From contig CAVWEH010000002.1 of NCBI GenBank assembly GCA_963753975.1, positions 160,001 to 224,000 on the forward strand: 64,000 nucleotides of DNA, in the 5' to 3' direction. A program made the position numbers and the translations under genes. The notes beneath the pieces were generated by a model. The model saw only the letters and a program-made list of their open reading frames with translations, ran no database searches and was not told the DNA's origin. This document shows, one piece after another, positions 44,520 through 55,166 of this stretch. Origin of the DNA: an uncultured delta proteobacterium. Lineage in GTDB: Bacteria; Desulfobacterota; Syntrophia; Syntrophales; Smithellaceae. Numbering within the stretch: position 1 is the stretch's first letter; the number at the start of each line of letters is the position of its first letter.

Positions 44520-44939
44520 TTATTCCCCTTTAATATTATATTTATTTAATAATTCAAGAATTTGCCGCGGAATTCTACGTATCTTTCCCTCCCCATTTAT
44601 GCAGGCATGAACAGTATAACCTTCCACGAGAAGATTTTTCCTGTCTTCATCCCAAATATAAGAATTAAATCTCATGCTCGCTCTTTTTATATAATCTATT
44701 TTAGTTTCAATTGTAAGAACATTGTCGTATTTTGCCGGTAAAAGATAGTGGCAGTTGACTTTTGTTAACGGAAGATTAAAGCCGAGGTGTTCCATTTCTT
44801 TATAGGCAATTCCCAATTGCCGCATCAATTCATTGCGGCCGACTTCGAACCATCTGATATAATTAGTGTGATATACTATGCCCATAGCGTCCGTATCGGC
44901 GTATATCACTCTAATTTTTGTTATGTTGTTGACCGACAA
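44520..44939 (-). CDS. YbgC/FadM-family acyl-CoA thioesterase
   Basis: RVIYADTDAMGIVYHTNY..WFE.GR. Confidence 0.92.
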   Translation of the reverse strand: MSVNNITKIRVIYADTDAMGIVYHTNYIRWFEVGRNELMRQLGIAYKEMEHLGFNLPLTKVNCHYLLPAKYDNVLTIETKIDYIKRASMRFNSYIWDEDRKNLLVEGYTVHACINGEGKIRRIPRQILELLNKYNIKGE

Positions 44940-46152
44940 ACCCTCTCCAATTCTTGATGAAATATTCCATTAATAAATAGCCGGGGGAAATTAAAATGGA
45001 GCTCTCTTTAGCCGCTATTTCATTGAAGGGCAAACCGGAAGCTTTGTTTTCAGATTTCTCCGAAGATAGAACCGCAAAGGGACTGGGATCGCTGACATGA
45101 GTTTTTAAATCCAGCGGTGTCGGATGATCGCTCAGAACAAGAACGCGATAATCACCGAAAGCTCCGATGTTATTTAAAATAGGTCCCACAATTTTTTCAT
45201 CAAAGAATTCAATTGCCTGAATTTTTCCGGCGGCGTTGCCTTCATGCCCCATTTCATCGGGAGCCTCCAGATGAACAAAGATGAAATCCATAAAATGCAG
45301 CGCATCCAAAGCCGTTTCGGCTTTGCCTTGATAATTTGTATCTATATAACCTGTCGCCCCTTCCACGGGAAGGACTTTTAGTCCGGCGATAATACCTATT
45401 CCTTTAAGCAAATCAACAGCGGAAATCATTCCGCCCTGCAAATTATATTTATGCGCCAGCGAAGTTAGTTGAGGCTTTCGTCCCTGACCCCAAAGCCAAA
45501 CGGAATTAGCCTGTTTCTTGCCTGCTTGCTGTCTTTGCGCGTTAATCGGATGGCTCATTAGAATTTCTCCCGCTTTCTGCATAAGTGAATTAATCTCTTC
45601 GGCAGAACTTCCCTGCGGAAGGTAGGAGGCAATCTCTTTTCCTGTTATATCATGCGGCGGAGTTGTTTCCGGAGAAGAAGAAACGTTGCGGCAAACACAT
45701 AAATGACGGTAACCCACGCCGGGGTAAAATTGAAATTGATCCGATCCGATTTGCTTATTGATATCGAGGATGATTTCTCTCGCCTCAGCCGTGGAGATAT
45801 GGCCGGCAGTAAAATCTTCCATGAATGCATGGGGAGAATTTTTTCCGCCGATAGTTACCAGATTGCACCGATAAGCTATATCGCTGGGCCCGAGATTTAT
45901 TCCCATGCTGGCCGCTTCCAACGGCCCTCGGCCGGTATAAGTATGCACGGGATCATAACCCAGAACGCTCAAGGTGGCCACATCACTGCCGGGGTTTAAA
46001 CCGGTAGGAATTGTATCCACCAGGCCCAGAGTGCCTTCCGCGGCAATCTGGTCCAGGTACGGTGTAAAGGCGCGCTGCAAAGGCGTTTTTCCTCCCAGCA
46101 GATTTGTCGGATAGTCGGCCATACCATCGCCGAGTAATATCACATATTTCAT
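44911..46152 (-). CDS. apgM: Cofactor-independent phosphoglycerate mutase (ApgM type)
   Basis: GDGMAD, GKTPL, PGSD, GRGPLEA, DEMGH, SDHPTP. Confidence 0.92.
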   Translation of the reverse strand: MKYVILLGDGMADYPTNLLGGKTPLQRAFTPYLDQIAAEGTLGLVDTIPTGLNPGSDVATLSVLGYDPVHTYTGRGPLEAASMGINLGPSDIAYRCNLVTIGGKNSPHAFMEDFTAGHISTAEAREIILDINKQIGSDQFQFYPGVGYRHLCVCRNVSSSPETTPPHDITGKEIASYLPQGSSAEEINSLMQKAGEILMSHPINAQRQQAGKKQANSVWLWGQGRKPQLTSLAHKYNLQGGMISAVDLLKGIGIIAGLKVLPVEGATGYIDTNYQGKAETALDALHFMDFIFVHLEAPDEMGHEGNAAGKIQAIEFFDEKIVGPILNNIGAFGDYRVLVLSDHPTPLDLKTHVSDPSPFAVLSSEKSENKASGLPFNEIAAKESSILISPGYLLMEYFIKNWRGFVGQQHNKN

Positions 46153-46183
46153 GTTAACGTTTCTATCTTCGCTATGAAAAATC

Positions 46184-47497
46184 TTAATTTAGCTCATCCT
46201 CAATTCTGATCAAAATTGTTTTATCCAGTACAATATCAAGTTTGTCTATTTTTTTCAGCGCCTCACGTACATTCTTTTCTTTGGCTTTATAAGTTGTCAT
46301 GACTATGGGCACGGCGCTGTTTTCTATTCTCGCTTTTTGAATTACTGTGGCAATACTGATATTATTCTCGCCCAGTATGCCGGATATCTTAGAGAGAACA
46401 CCGGGCCTATCAACAACGGAGAAACGGAAGTAATACTTTGTTTCGATTTCATCCATGGGTTTGAGTTTTAAATCTCCCATGGCTGCTTCGCTGATTGATC
46501 TAAGCGGCGTCCGGCCGGAGATGCCTTTTAAAATATTACGGGCACTATCAATTATATCGCTGAAAACGGCGCTCGCCGTCGGCATCATCCCCGAACCTTG
46601 TCCGAAAAGAAAAACCGGACCGGAGGCATCCCCCACGATATGGAAGGCATTATAATTTTGATTGACGTTGGCCAGAAGATGCCCGGAAGGAATCATCGTC
46701 GGATGAATTCTTGCTTCGACAACGTAATTTTTCAAAATGGCAATAGCCAAAAGTTTTATCCGGTAACCTAATTCTTTGGCAAAGGCAATATCTTCACCGC
46801 TGATTTTGGTTATGCCTTCGCAATAAATATCCTTTAAACTGACTTTTTCCCCGTAGGCTAGCGATAGCGTTATAGCCAGCTTATGGGCGGTATCTATCCC
46901 CTCAACATCAAAAGTGGGATCCGCCTCAGCGAAACCCAGAGCTTGCGCTTCTTTCAAAACAACGTCGAATTTCTTATCTTCATCGGTCATCTTGGTCAAA
47001 ATGAAATTGGCAGTGCCGTTTATAATACTCAAAATCGAATTGATTTTATTGGCTGCGAGACTCTCTTTCAAAGTTTTGATAATCGGAATAGTGCCGCCGA
47101 CGCTGGCTTCAAAGCCGATATCAATGCCTTTTTGCTCGGCTGCCGCAAATATTTCGTTGCCGTGAGTGGCCAGAAGCGCTTTATTGGCGGTGACAATATG
47201 TTTGCCCTGAGCAATGGCCTCTAAAAGAAACGTCCGCGCCGGTTCATAGCCGCCCATGAGTTCAATGATGATGGAAATATCTTTATCGTTGATTATTTCT
47301 CCGGCATCGGTAGTCAACTGATATTTATCAAGTTTAACCGACCGCGGTGAGGTAATATCGATATCGGCGATTTTCTTTAAAACAAGCTTCGTGCCCAGCT
47401 TTCTCGTAATCAGCTCTTCGTTTTGCTGCAGCAGTTTGACAACGCCGGTCCCAATATTCCCCAAGCCGATTAACCCGATATTAATATTTTTCATCAC
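46184..47497 (-). CDS. hom: Homoserine dehydrogenase with ACT domain
   Basis: GLGNIG, VTANK, FEASVGG, NGT.N.IL, EADP..D..G.D, DRPGVL. Confidence 0.96.
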   Translation of the reverse strand: MMKNINIGLIGLGNIGTGVVKLLQQNEELITRKLGTKLVLKKIADIDITSPRSVKLDKYQLTTDAGEIINDKDISIIIELMGGYEPARTFLLEAIAQGKHIVTANKALLATHGNEIFAAAEQKGIDIGFEASVGGTIPIIKTLKESLAANKINSILSIINGTANFILTKMTDEDKKFDVVLKEAQALGFAEADPTFDVEGIDTAHKLAITLSLAYGEKVSLKDIYCEGITKISGEDIAFAKELGYRIKLLAIAILKNYVVEARIHPTMIPSGHLLANVNQNYNAFHIVGDASGPVFLFGQGSGMMPTASAVFSDIIDSARNILKGISGRTPLRSISEAAMGDLKLKPMDEIETKYYFRFSVVDRPGVLSKISGILGENNISIATVIQKARIENSAVPIVMTTYKAKEKNVREALKKIDKLDIVLDKTILIRIEDELN

Positions 47498-47602
47498 ATT
47501 TACCTAAATTCGCCTGAATTTTTATGTATTTGTTCATTTTAGGAAAACAATTGCGAATGTTTTTTCTATAACAAATATAGCCCTTTTGTCAAATAGTTAT
47601 AA

Positions 47603-47660
47603 GTCAATGAGACTTGGGTTTTTTGCGGCGAAGCCACGAAAAGGCCCTCATCTAATTGAC
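47603..47660 (+). repeat. Degenerate family X hairpin
   Basis: GTCAAT-GAGAC...GGCGAAGCC...ATTGAC. Confidence 0.55.
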
Positions 47661-47743
47661 CTTGAGCGAGTGAAACTAGTCGAGGGGTCTTTGTCCTGAT
47701 TATATGTAAACAAAGGAAAGCGATTTTGACGGCTAAGAATCTT

Positions 47744-48157
47744 CTATTTAACTGTTATCGGCTTATCCGCAACGCCCGCGTAAAAAACGATAATTTCTGC
47801 CGTTTTAGTGCCTTCGTTTTTTCCGTAATGAGCTTTATTTACAACTTCCACAATTGAGTCTCCGGCTTTGAGGTGCAGTGTTTTTTTATCTTTGGCTACA
47901 ACAGTCAGTTCTCCGCTTAACAAAACTCCGGCGTTGGTTACCGGATGTTCATGCATCGGTAGTTCCGCCCCCGCGGGAATCCTTATTCTCAGAATGGTAA
48001 TCTCCGGCTTACCTTTCGGATAATTCGGAAGAACTTTTCCGTCCCAGCTTGAGCTGGTTTTTGTCAGTATCTCAACAACTACATTCTTTGAATCATCAGC
48101 CGAAACATTGATTAAGAGAAAGAATACGATACATATTCCAAAAATTATTTTTTTCAT
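47744..48157 (-). CDS. Exported cupin domain protein
   Basis: Signal peptide; SWDG..LP.YP.G.PEI, H.HP, GEL, EV...H.G. Confidence 0.85.
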   Translation of the reverse strand: MKKIIFGICIVFFLLINVSADDSKNVVVEILTKTSSSWDGKVLPNYPKGKPEITILRIRIPAGAELPMHEHPVTNAGVLLSGELTVVAKDKKTLHLKAGDSIVEVVNKAHYGKNEGTKTAEIIVFYAGVADKPITVK

Positions 48158-48227
48158 TCCATATTTCTCCTTCGCTCTCGCTGGAAATAATCAGCCGGAG
48201 CGCAGCAAAATGCATGACGATTACATC

Positions 48228-48752
48228 CTATTGTTGCTTAGAGATAATTTTATGAGCTTTCCGGCGGCGGGTCGTTTTCTTACGAATATCAGTAGAGAGT
48301 ACGCTTATATTCCCATCAACCTCGAGCACCGCTAAGTCTACCTCTGATACCGAAGCAATGCCATGCTCACGAATCACTTCCATGAGTTCATCTTCGGTGA
48401 TCCCGGCGCTCTTCAGATGTGAAGACAATATTTTCCCATTGAACACCAGCATGATGGCTTCACCCTGGATTGCCTTGCCGAACTGCGGAAAGCGGAATTG
48501 CAATTTTTTGAGAATGTAATTGACCACAAACAAAGAAGCTGCGGCGACGAGACCGCCGAGAAGAGTCGAATCGGGGCCGACCATCGCGTTTTGTACCGCA
48601 TTGCTGATCAGCAGGATAAATACCAGGTCATAAACGGAGAGCTGCGCCAGCTCCTTCTTTCCAAAGAAACGAATGCTCAGAATGATAAAAAAATAAACCA
48701 CAACAGAGCTGAAGATGATCCGGAAGTAGTTATTTTGGAAAATATCCATCAT
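48228..48752 (-). CDS. DUF421 (YetF-like) membrane protein
   Basis: R.FGKKELAQL...DL, A.LE.DG.ISV. Confidence 0.88.
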   Translation of the reverse strand: MMDIFQNNYFRIIFSSVVVYFFIILSIRFFGKKELAQLSVYDLVFILLISNAVQNAMVGPDSTLLGGLVAAASLFVVNYILKKLQFRFPQFGKAIQGEAIMLVFNGKILSSHLKSAGITEDELMEVIREHGIASVSEVDLAVLEVDGNISVLSTDIRKKTTRRRKAHKIISKQQ

Positions 48753-48968
48753 AAAATTCACTTACAGAGTCTATCATATTTTGAGTTGAGAATAAATTTC
48801 ATTATGCAGAGGTGTGGGAATGTTCAAGTCTTTCCCCGATTTTATAATGTAGTTGGTAAAAATGTCAATCTCCGTGTCCTTGCGCCGCTCTATGTTGACC
48901 TGCATCAAAGTTTTTGCGCCATAGGCAAAGCGATCTATGTAAGACTATGCCTAGCCTATTCTCATTCC

Positions 48969-51428
48969 TTATCCCGTTCTGGCTAAATCGAGCTTCCCCT
49001 GCCATTTCCAAAGTAACGTTTCTTTCAAAATTAAGTGTTCCGGTTTTTCTAAGAACGGGTCGCCAGCAGCCAATTGGAACGCGTCTTCCTTGGCATCGTT
49101 TAAAATACGGGCGTCGCGGATAATGCTCGCAATCCGAAAATCGGGCAGGCCGGATTGTCGTGTGCCCAAAAAATCACCGGGACCGCGAATGGCCAAGTCT
49201 TCTTCGGCAATGGCAAAACCATCGGTAGTTTTTTCCATTACTCTTAACCTCTTGCGGGCATCTGGCGAAGATGCGTAATTGGCGAGCAAAACACAGGTGG
49301 AAGCGATTTCCCTTCTCCCGACACGTCCACGCAACTGGTGCAGCTGCGAAAGGCCGAATCGTTCCGCGTGTTCGATAACCATCAGCGATGCCTGCGGCAC
49401 ATCAATTCCCACTTCGATTACTGTTGTGGACACAAGGATATTGATCTTATTGGCTAGAAATTCTTTCATAACGGTATCCTTTTGTTTTTCCTTCATCTTG
49501 CCGTGAATAAGACCAACTTTATAATCAGGGAAAATATCTCGCTGCAGATGCGCCGCCATATTAGTCGCATCTTTCAAGTCGAGATTTTCCGATTGTTCGA
49601 CTAAAGGATAAACGATAAAAGCCTGATGACCTTTGATCAGTTCTTCGCTGATTAACTTATAAACATTGCTTCTTTTATTTTCGCCCACAAGAAAAGTGTG
49701 AACAGGTTTCTTTCCTGAGGGCATTTCATCTATTACGGAGACGTCCAGGTCGCCGTAAACCGTCATGGCCAATGTCCGCGGAATGGGCGTTGCCGTCATG
49801 ACTAATACATCTGCGTTAATTCCCTTGCCCCGCAAAGTTGCCCTCTGCATGACGCCGAAACGGTGCTGTTCATCGATAACAACCAGACCCAGCCTATGAA
49901 AATCAACTCCTTCCGAAATTAGCGCATGCGTGCCGATGACAATATTGGCCTCTCCGCTCATTATTTTATCCAATGCCTCTTTCTTTTGAATTGTGTTGAT
50001 GCCGCCGATTAGCAAAACCGTTTTTAGCCCCAACGCGGATGCCCAATTCTGAATATTCTGATAATGCTGTTGTGCCAATATTTCGGTCGGTGCCATTATC
50101 GCCGCCTGATATGAATTCTCGCAAGCAGTAACCATTGCCGCCATGGAAACGATTGTTTTCCCACTGCCGACATCACCCTGCAATAGCCTGTTCATCGCAG
50201 TTTCTTTGGCGAGGTCAGAGTGTATTTCGCCGATCACTCTTTTTTGCGCCGCCGTCAAATCAAAGGGCAGAAGCTCGAGGAATTTATTTAAAAGACTTCC
50301 CTCAATATTGAATTTAATGCCGGCATCTAAAATCCGCCCTGTTCTTTTTATGGCCATGCCCAGTTGAAAAAAGAAAAATTCATCATAAATCAATCTGTGG
50401 TGAGCAGGCGAGCTATGGGAATTATATTCCTCCAAAGATTTATCGTTCTGGGGGAAATGCACAGATCTTAACGATTCTTGAATATTCGGTAGATTGCGCT
50501 TTTCGCAGATATCCGCGGGTATTGGCGAAACAACATAGCGGGCATAATTTTCCAGCGCCTGATGCATGATTTTGCGCAGATATTTCTGGTGCAGGCCTTC
50601 GGTTTCCGAATAAATAGGCACAATTCTTTTAAAATTTAAAAGATTTTCGGTTTCATCTTCTTCCAATATTTCGTATTCGGGATGAATCATGGCTTTTCCC
50701 GCGTAATTCGGCCTTGCCTCCCCCGTAAAAATTACTCTGTTCCCTTTCTTAAAGACACCCAGGAGATAGGACATCTGACCTTTAAACCACTTCGCCGTCA
50801 AATTGGCTGTATTATCGCTGATTATAACCTCTAAAATACGTTTCTTTCCGTAGTATTTGTATTGGGCGCCGACAACGCTGCCTATCACAGTCTGAATTTT
50901 ACCCATCTCCAAGCGATTGATTTTTCTTATTTCCCGCCTATCCTCGTAAATTCTGGGTAAAAAATAAAATAAATCTTCGACTGAATTGATTTTTTTAGCT
51001 AAAAGACGCTGCGCCAATTTCGGCCCCACTCCTTTTAAATATTGAACTGGAAGCATCAGCTTGGACAGGGCATCTCTTAACTCAGATACTCTTTGTATTG
51101 TCTGTGGGTCATCAGTGTAAATTGAATGAGGTGCGGTCAAAGAATTTACGTTGGTTTTCAGTTTTCCCAATACAGCTTGCGCTTTTTCTATCGTAGTTTT
51201 TTTTAATTCCAGCTTTTGCCAATCATAATCGGAAAATAGCTTCAATAGTTCCTCAACCATATTAGAAGAATCACTATTGCCGGCCGGAAGCGAGCCCTTA
51301 AGTACGGCCAGTAAACTTAAAAGAGATTTGCCTAAATCTTTGATATGGGATAAATTTTTATAGTCATCAACGGAGGCAAAATTCAAAGGCTGTTCAATTT
51401 TCTGCAGAATCTTTTTTAGTGAATCCAT
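48969..51428 (-). CDS. recG: ATP-dependent DNA helicase RecG
   Basis: QGDVGSGKT, DEQHRFG, MTATPIPRT, QLRGRVGR, RGPGD. Confidence 0.98.
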   Translation of the reverse strand: MDSLKKILQKIEQPLNFASVDDYKNLSHIKDLGKSLLSLLAVLKGSLPAGNSDSSNMVEELLKLFSDYDWQKLELKKTTIEKAQAVLGKLKTNVNSLTAPHSIYTDDPQTIQRVSELRDALSKLMLPVQYLKGVGPKLAQRLLAKKINSVEDLFYFLPRIYEDRREIRKINRLEMGKIQTVIGSVVGAQYKYYGKKRILEVIISDNTANLTAKWFKGQMSYLLGVFKKGNRVIFTGEARPNYAGKAMIHPEYEILEEDETENLLNFKRIVPIYSETEGLHQKYLRKIMHQALENYARYVVSPIPADICEKRNLPNIQESLRSVHFPQNDKSLEEYNSHSSPAHHRLIYDEFFFFQLGMAIKRTGRILDAGIKFNIEGSLLNKFLELLPFDLTAAQKRVIGEIHSDLAKETAMNRLLQGDVGSGKTIVSMAAMVTACENSYQAAIMAPTEILAQQHYQNIQNWASALGLKTVLLIGGINTIQKKEALDKIMSGEANIVIGTHALISEGVDFHRLGLVVIDEQHRFGVMQRATLRGKGINADVLVMTATPIPRTLAMTVYGDLDVSVIDEMPSGKKPVHTFLVGENKRSNVYKLISEELIKGHQAFIVYPLVEQSENLDLKDATNMAAHLQRDIFPDYKVGLIHGKMKEKQKDTVMKEFLANKINILVSTTVIEVGIDVPQASLMVIEHAERFGLSQLHQLRGRVGRREIASTCVLLANYASSPDARKRLRVMEKTTDGFAIAEEDLAIRGPGDFLGTRQSGLPDFRIASIIRDARILNDAKEDAFQLAAGDPFLEKPEHLILKETLLWKWQGKLDLARTG

Positions 51429-51598
51429 TGGAGTCTCCGGGCTGAAAAGTTGACAAACCTAAATCATTTCCGCCGAATTGATGTTTTTTTGTTAACAAAT
51501 ATCGTTTATTTGCGCAAGGAATGATTGACTTAAAAGGCGATTTACGTTACATGAGCGGGCATAATATTTTTAGCAAAAAATCAAATTCATAGGAGATT

Positions 51599-52648
51599 AT
51601 GGCAACTAAGACCACATACAAGTCGGCGGGCGTGGATATCGATGCCGCCAACGAATTCGTAGACCTCATTAAACCGCTGATCAAAACTACCGCGCGCAAG
51701 GAAGTTCTTTCAGGTATCGGCGGTTTCAGCGGACTTTTCCATCTGGATTCGGCAAGACTAAAAGATCCGATATTAGTTTCCTCCACTGACGGTGTGGGCA
51801 CCAAACTAAAAATAGCCCAATTAGTGGATAAGCACGACACCATCGGGATTGACCTCGTGGCGATGTCCGTAAACGACGTGGTGGTTCAGGGAGCCGAACC
51901 GTTGTTCTTCCTTGATTATCTCTCCACGGGCAAAATAGACGTGGAAAAAAGCGTGCAAATCGTCGCCGGCATTGTTCAGGGTTGCCTTCAGGCCGGCTGT
52001 ACCCTTTTGGGCGGAGAAACCGCCGAAATGCCCGGTTTTTATAAATCCGGTGAATACGACCTCGCCGGTTTTTGTGTCGGTGCAGTGGAATCCGATAAAT
52101 TAATCGACGGCTCAACTATCAGCATTAACGACCGCGTTATCGGGCTTGCGTCGAGCGGCCTCCATAGTAACGGATTTTCTTTGGCCCGGAAAGTTCTGCT
52201 GGAAAAAGGCAAATTGACTGTTAAGGATAAAGTTCCAGGTTTGAACAAAACAATAGGCTTGGAACTTTTAGAACCGACACGAATTTATGTTAAATCTCTT
52301 CTTAATCTTTTTAAAAGCTTCAATATCAAAGGTATGGTCCATATCACCGGCGGCGGCTTTTACGACAATATTCCACGCATAATTCCTAGTTCCTGCCGGT
52401 GTGTTATTGACAAAAAGAGTTGGGATGTTCCGCCCTTTTTTGATGTTATAAGGGAAATGGGTAATATCGAAGAAAGAGAAATGTTTCGGGTATTTAATAT
52501 GGGCATAGGTATGATGATCATCGTTGCGGAAAAAGAATGCCAAGCAATTCTGGAACAACTAAAAATGACGGCGCTGGGCGAAAAAGCGTACTTAATCGGT
52601 GCCGTCGAAAAAAGAGAAGATAGTCAAGATCAAGTTTGTCTTACTTAG
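51599..52648 (+). CDS. purM: AIR synthetase
   Basis: YKSAGVDI, DGVGTK, GGETAEMP, HSNG, HITGGG. Confidence 0.98.
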   Translation: MATKTTYKSAGVDIDAANEFVDLIKPLIKTTARKEVLSGIGGFSGLFHLDSARLKDPILVSSTDGVGTKLKIAQLVDKHDTIGIDLVAMSVNDVVVQGAEPLFFLDYLSTGKIDVEKSVQIVAGIVQGCLQAGCTLLGGETAEMPGFYKSGEYDLAGFCVGAVESDKLIDGSTISINDRVIGLASSGLHSNGFSLARKVLLEKGKLTVKDKVPGLNKTIGLELLEPTRIYVKSLLNLFKSFNIKGMVHITGGGFYDNIPRIIPSSCRCVIDKKSWDVPPFFDVIREMGNIEEREMFRVFNMGIGMMIIVAEKECQAILEQLKMTALGEKAYLIGAVEKREDSQDQVCLT

Positions 52649-52980
52649 TGAAACTCCAATTCCGAAAGCGAAACGCATAACCTAATAACCCTGAAGGTCA
52701 TATGAGATCATACATCGGAATTGGTAAGTTGTAATGAGACCCAAGTTTCAGAAACAAAGTAAATAACCTAAATGTCACTGCCGCTGAAGCTTGTAGGTCG
52801 AATCAATGAAACTGGCTGAAAACGAATGAAATGAAGTTGAAGTTTGAAGTGGCGGTTGAATTGATCCCACAAAGCGGAGGGTAGTAAAACTCAAATTTTA
52901 AGAACGAAGTGAATTAAAATTTGTTAGTTGAACTATCCCGTATAAGCAGGGGTGGAATACTTTCAGCTTGTTTTGGGATC
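52648..52980 (+). repeat. Cluster of four tandem or nested family X hairpins with family Y modules, between purM and purN
   Basis: Units at 52648-52731, 52734-52803, 52806-52861 and 52884-52933; outer GATCCCA/TGGGATC stem. Confidence 0.85.
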
Positions 52981-53011
52981 TATACCCGTGATGAAAATTA
53001 GGAAATGATAC

Positions 53012-53677
53012 ATGGCTGATTTATTGAAATTGGGAGTTTTAATCTCCGGAAACGGCTCCAATCTCCAGTCAATTATCGATCATATCGAAAAAGGCTCGTT
53101 AAAAGCAGTTATAAAAATTGTTGTCAGTAACAATCCCGATGCATTGGGGATAACCAGAGCAAAAAAACACGGCATTCAGGTTACTGTTTTAAAAAATGCG
53201 GATTTTAAGTCCAAAGAGGATTTTGATTCCGAATTAATAAAAATCATGAAGAAAAATGACGTGGATTTGGTAATTTTGGCCGGTTTTACTCGCATTCTTA
53301 CCCCTTTTTTTTTGCAAGTCTTTACTCAAAAAATCATGAATATCCACCCTGCCCTGCTTCCGTCTTTTCCTGGATTGCATGGGCAAAAACAGGCCTTTGA
53401 CTACGGCGTTAAATTTACCGGCTGTACAGTGCATTTTGTCGATGAAGGCGTGGACACAGGTCCAATTATTATTCAAAGCGTTGTGCCTGTATATGACGAT
53501 GATACTGAAGAAATACTGGCAGCAAGAATATTAAAGGAAGAACATCGGATTTATCCGCAGGCTATTCAGTTTTACGCTGAAGGCAGGCTGGAGATAAAAG
53601 ATCGTAAAGTGAAGCTTAAATCTACAAAAAAATATTCTTCCCCTTCGCTTTCCAATCCGCCTTCGACGGGTTTCTGA
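53012..53677 (+). CDS. purN: Phosphoribosylglycinamide formyltransferase
   Basis: SGNGSNLQ, NIHPALLP, GCTVHFV, DTGPII. Confidence 0.98.
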   Translation: MADLLKLGVLISGNGSNLQSIIDHIEKGSLKAVIKIVVSNNPDALGITRAKKHGIQVTVLKNADFKSKEDFDSELIKIMKKNDVDLVILAGFTRILTPFFLQVFTQKIMNIHPALLPSFPGLHGQKQAFDYGVKFTGCTVHFVDEGVDTGPIIIQSVVPVYDDDTEEILAARILKEEHRIYPQAIQFYAEGRLEIKDRKVKLKSTKKYSSPSLSNPPSTGF

Positions 53678-53723
53678 TGATGATAATCGAAAAATAATTG
53701 CATATGAGGGAATAAAATAATTT

Positions 53724-55163
53724 ATGTATGATTTAATTGTGATTGGCGACGACCTTTCGTCTTTCATTGCCGCGGCTGTTGCATCTCACTGGGGACTAAG
53801 CACCGTACATATTGCACAAAACGATAGCTCAGTAAAAAATGCGATTGACGGTTACGCGTTTAATATCGATCCGACGTTTTTAACCGGCTTCGGCACTAAT
53901 CAAGCAGGCCTTTCTCTTTTGACTGAACTGAATATCCCTTTGACAGAAGAAGATGTCTCTTTATTAAATCCTGCTTATCAAATAATATTACCGGAGCACA
54001 GGATTGATTTTTTCGATGACAAAGATTCGCTCGTTGCTGAAATTGTTCGTGAATTTCCTGAAATTTCAAAGGAAATCAATAACTTTTACGATATAGTTAT
54101 AAGAAATTCCGCCGCCTTTACTAAATGGCTTCAAGATCATCCGTTCATCCAGCCGAAAAGCATAAAAGATTATTATAACTATCTAAAATTCATTCCTCTT
54201 TTATTAAGATTTAAGCTTGATGCCAGGAAATTTGAGCGGACAATTTTGCGCAATCCTTCCTTTAAAAAAATTATGGAGGCGCAATATGTTTTGCTTTCCT
54301 GCGCCAAAGACGGCTATGGTTCTTTTACTTCGCATTTTCATTATTCTGCTCCTCTGCGCGGCGTTTATCACTTCCCACAAGGCAGACAGACACTTTTTAA
54401 ATTGTTAACAAAAAAAATGCAAGCCATCGACGGTTTGTATCTCGATAATAATAAATTTATCACGATTAAAACAGGCAAAATAATTGAAGCTGAAGTTGAA
54501 AACAACGCCGGCACCATTTCCACTATCTCCGCTAAATACATGATTATCAGTACTAAATCTGAAGAAATGTGCTTTTATCTTAAAGGAAAAAAGAAAATTA
54601 GTATCGCTAAACTGACCAAGCCAGTTAAAATTTCTCATTATCCTTTTACAATCCATTTGGGCATTCCGCAAAAATGTATTCCCGAAAAAATGGCAAGACA
54701 TGCCGCCGTAATATCCAGTGCAGATAAAGATATTTACGATAATAATTTAATCCTCTTGGAATCAAATAATTCTCCTGCAGGGAAAAAAGGTTCTGCCGAT
54801 AAAAGAATGCTGACGGCAACTGTTTTTCTGCCTAATGATTCTACTGTCTGGTCGAAAGAAAATTTAGCAGCGCAAGCTCAATCTATAATCGAGCGCCTGG
54901 AGTTTTTCCTGCCTTTCTTGAAAGAAAACATTAAATTCATTGATATAGATAAATCAATCGATATTTCAATCAAATACCGCAATACAGTTAATCCAAAATA
55001 TATACCGGAAAAATCTTCCCTTACCGGCTTTTGTACAAAAAAAAATAAAGTGCGTAGAAATATTTTCCTTACCGATGCTTCTTTATTAACGGATGCAGGC
55101 GCTGACGGCGAAATCATTTCCGGCCTGCTTGCCGTATACAGAGTACTTGATAAAAGGAAATAA
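53724..55163 (+). CDS. Phytoene-desaturase-like FAD oxidoreductase fold, degenerate
   Basis: YDLIVIGD Rossmann-like start, DGYAFN, YQIILPEHR. Confidence 0.6.
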   Translation: MYDLIVIGDDLSSFIAAAVASHWGLSTVHIAQNDSSVKNAIDGYAFNIDPTFLTGFGTNQAGLSLLTELNIPLTEEDVSLLNPAYQIILPEHRIDFFDDKDSLVAEIVREFPEISKEINNFYDIVIRNSAAFTKWLQDHPFIQPKSIKDYYNYLKFIPLLLRFKLDARKFERTILRNPSFKKIMEAQYVLLSCAKDGYGSFTSHFHYSAPLRGVYHFPQGRQTLFKLLTKKMQAIDGLYLDNNKFITIKTGKIIEAEVENNAGTISTISAKYMIISTKSEEMCFYLKGKKKISIAKLTKPVKISHYPFTIHLGIPQKCIPEKMARHAAVISSADKDIYDNNLILLESNNSPAGKKGSADKRMLTATVFLPNDSTVWSKENLAAQAQSIIERLEFFLPFLKENIKFIDIDKSIDISIKYRNTVNPKYIPEKSSLTGFCTKKNKVRRNIFLTDASLLTDAGADGEIISGLLAVYRVLDKRK

Positions 55164-55166
55164 TTT

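Noticed and set aside
48175..48215. attC remnant between the DUF421 and cupin genes (TAATCAGCCG)
   Set aside because: Only a 10-bp match to one attC; no AAC/GTT boxes or palindrome
52648..52933. Kink-turn or purine-pathway riboswitch between purM and purN
   Set aside because: The bulge is 3-4 bp from the tandem GA, not adjacent as in K-turns; the same units occur at unrelated loci on both strands
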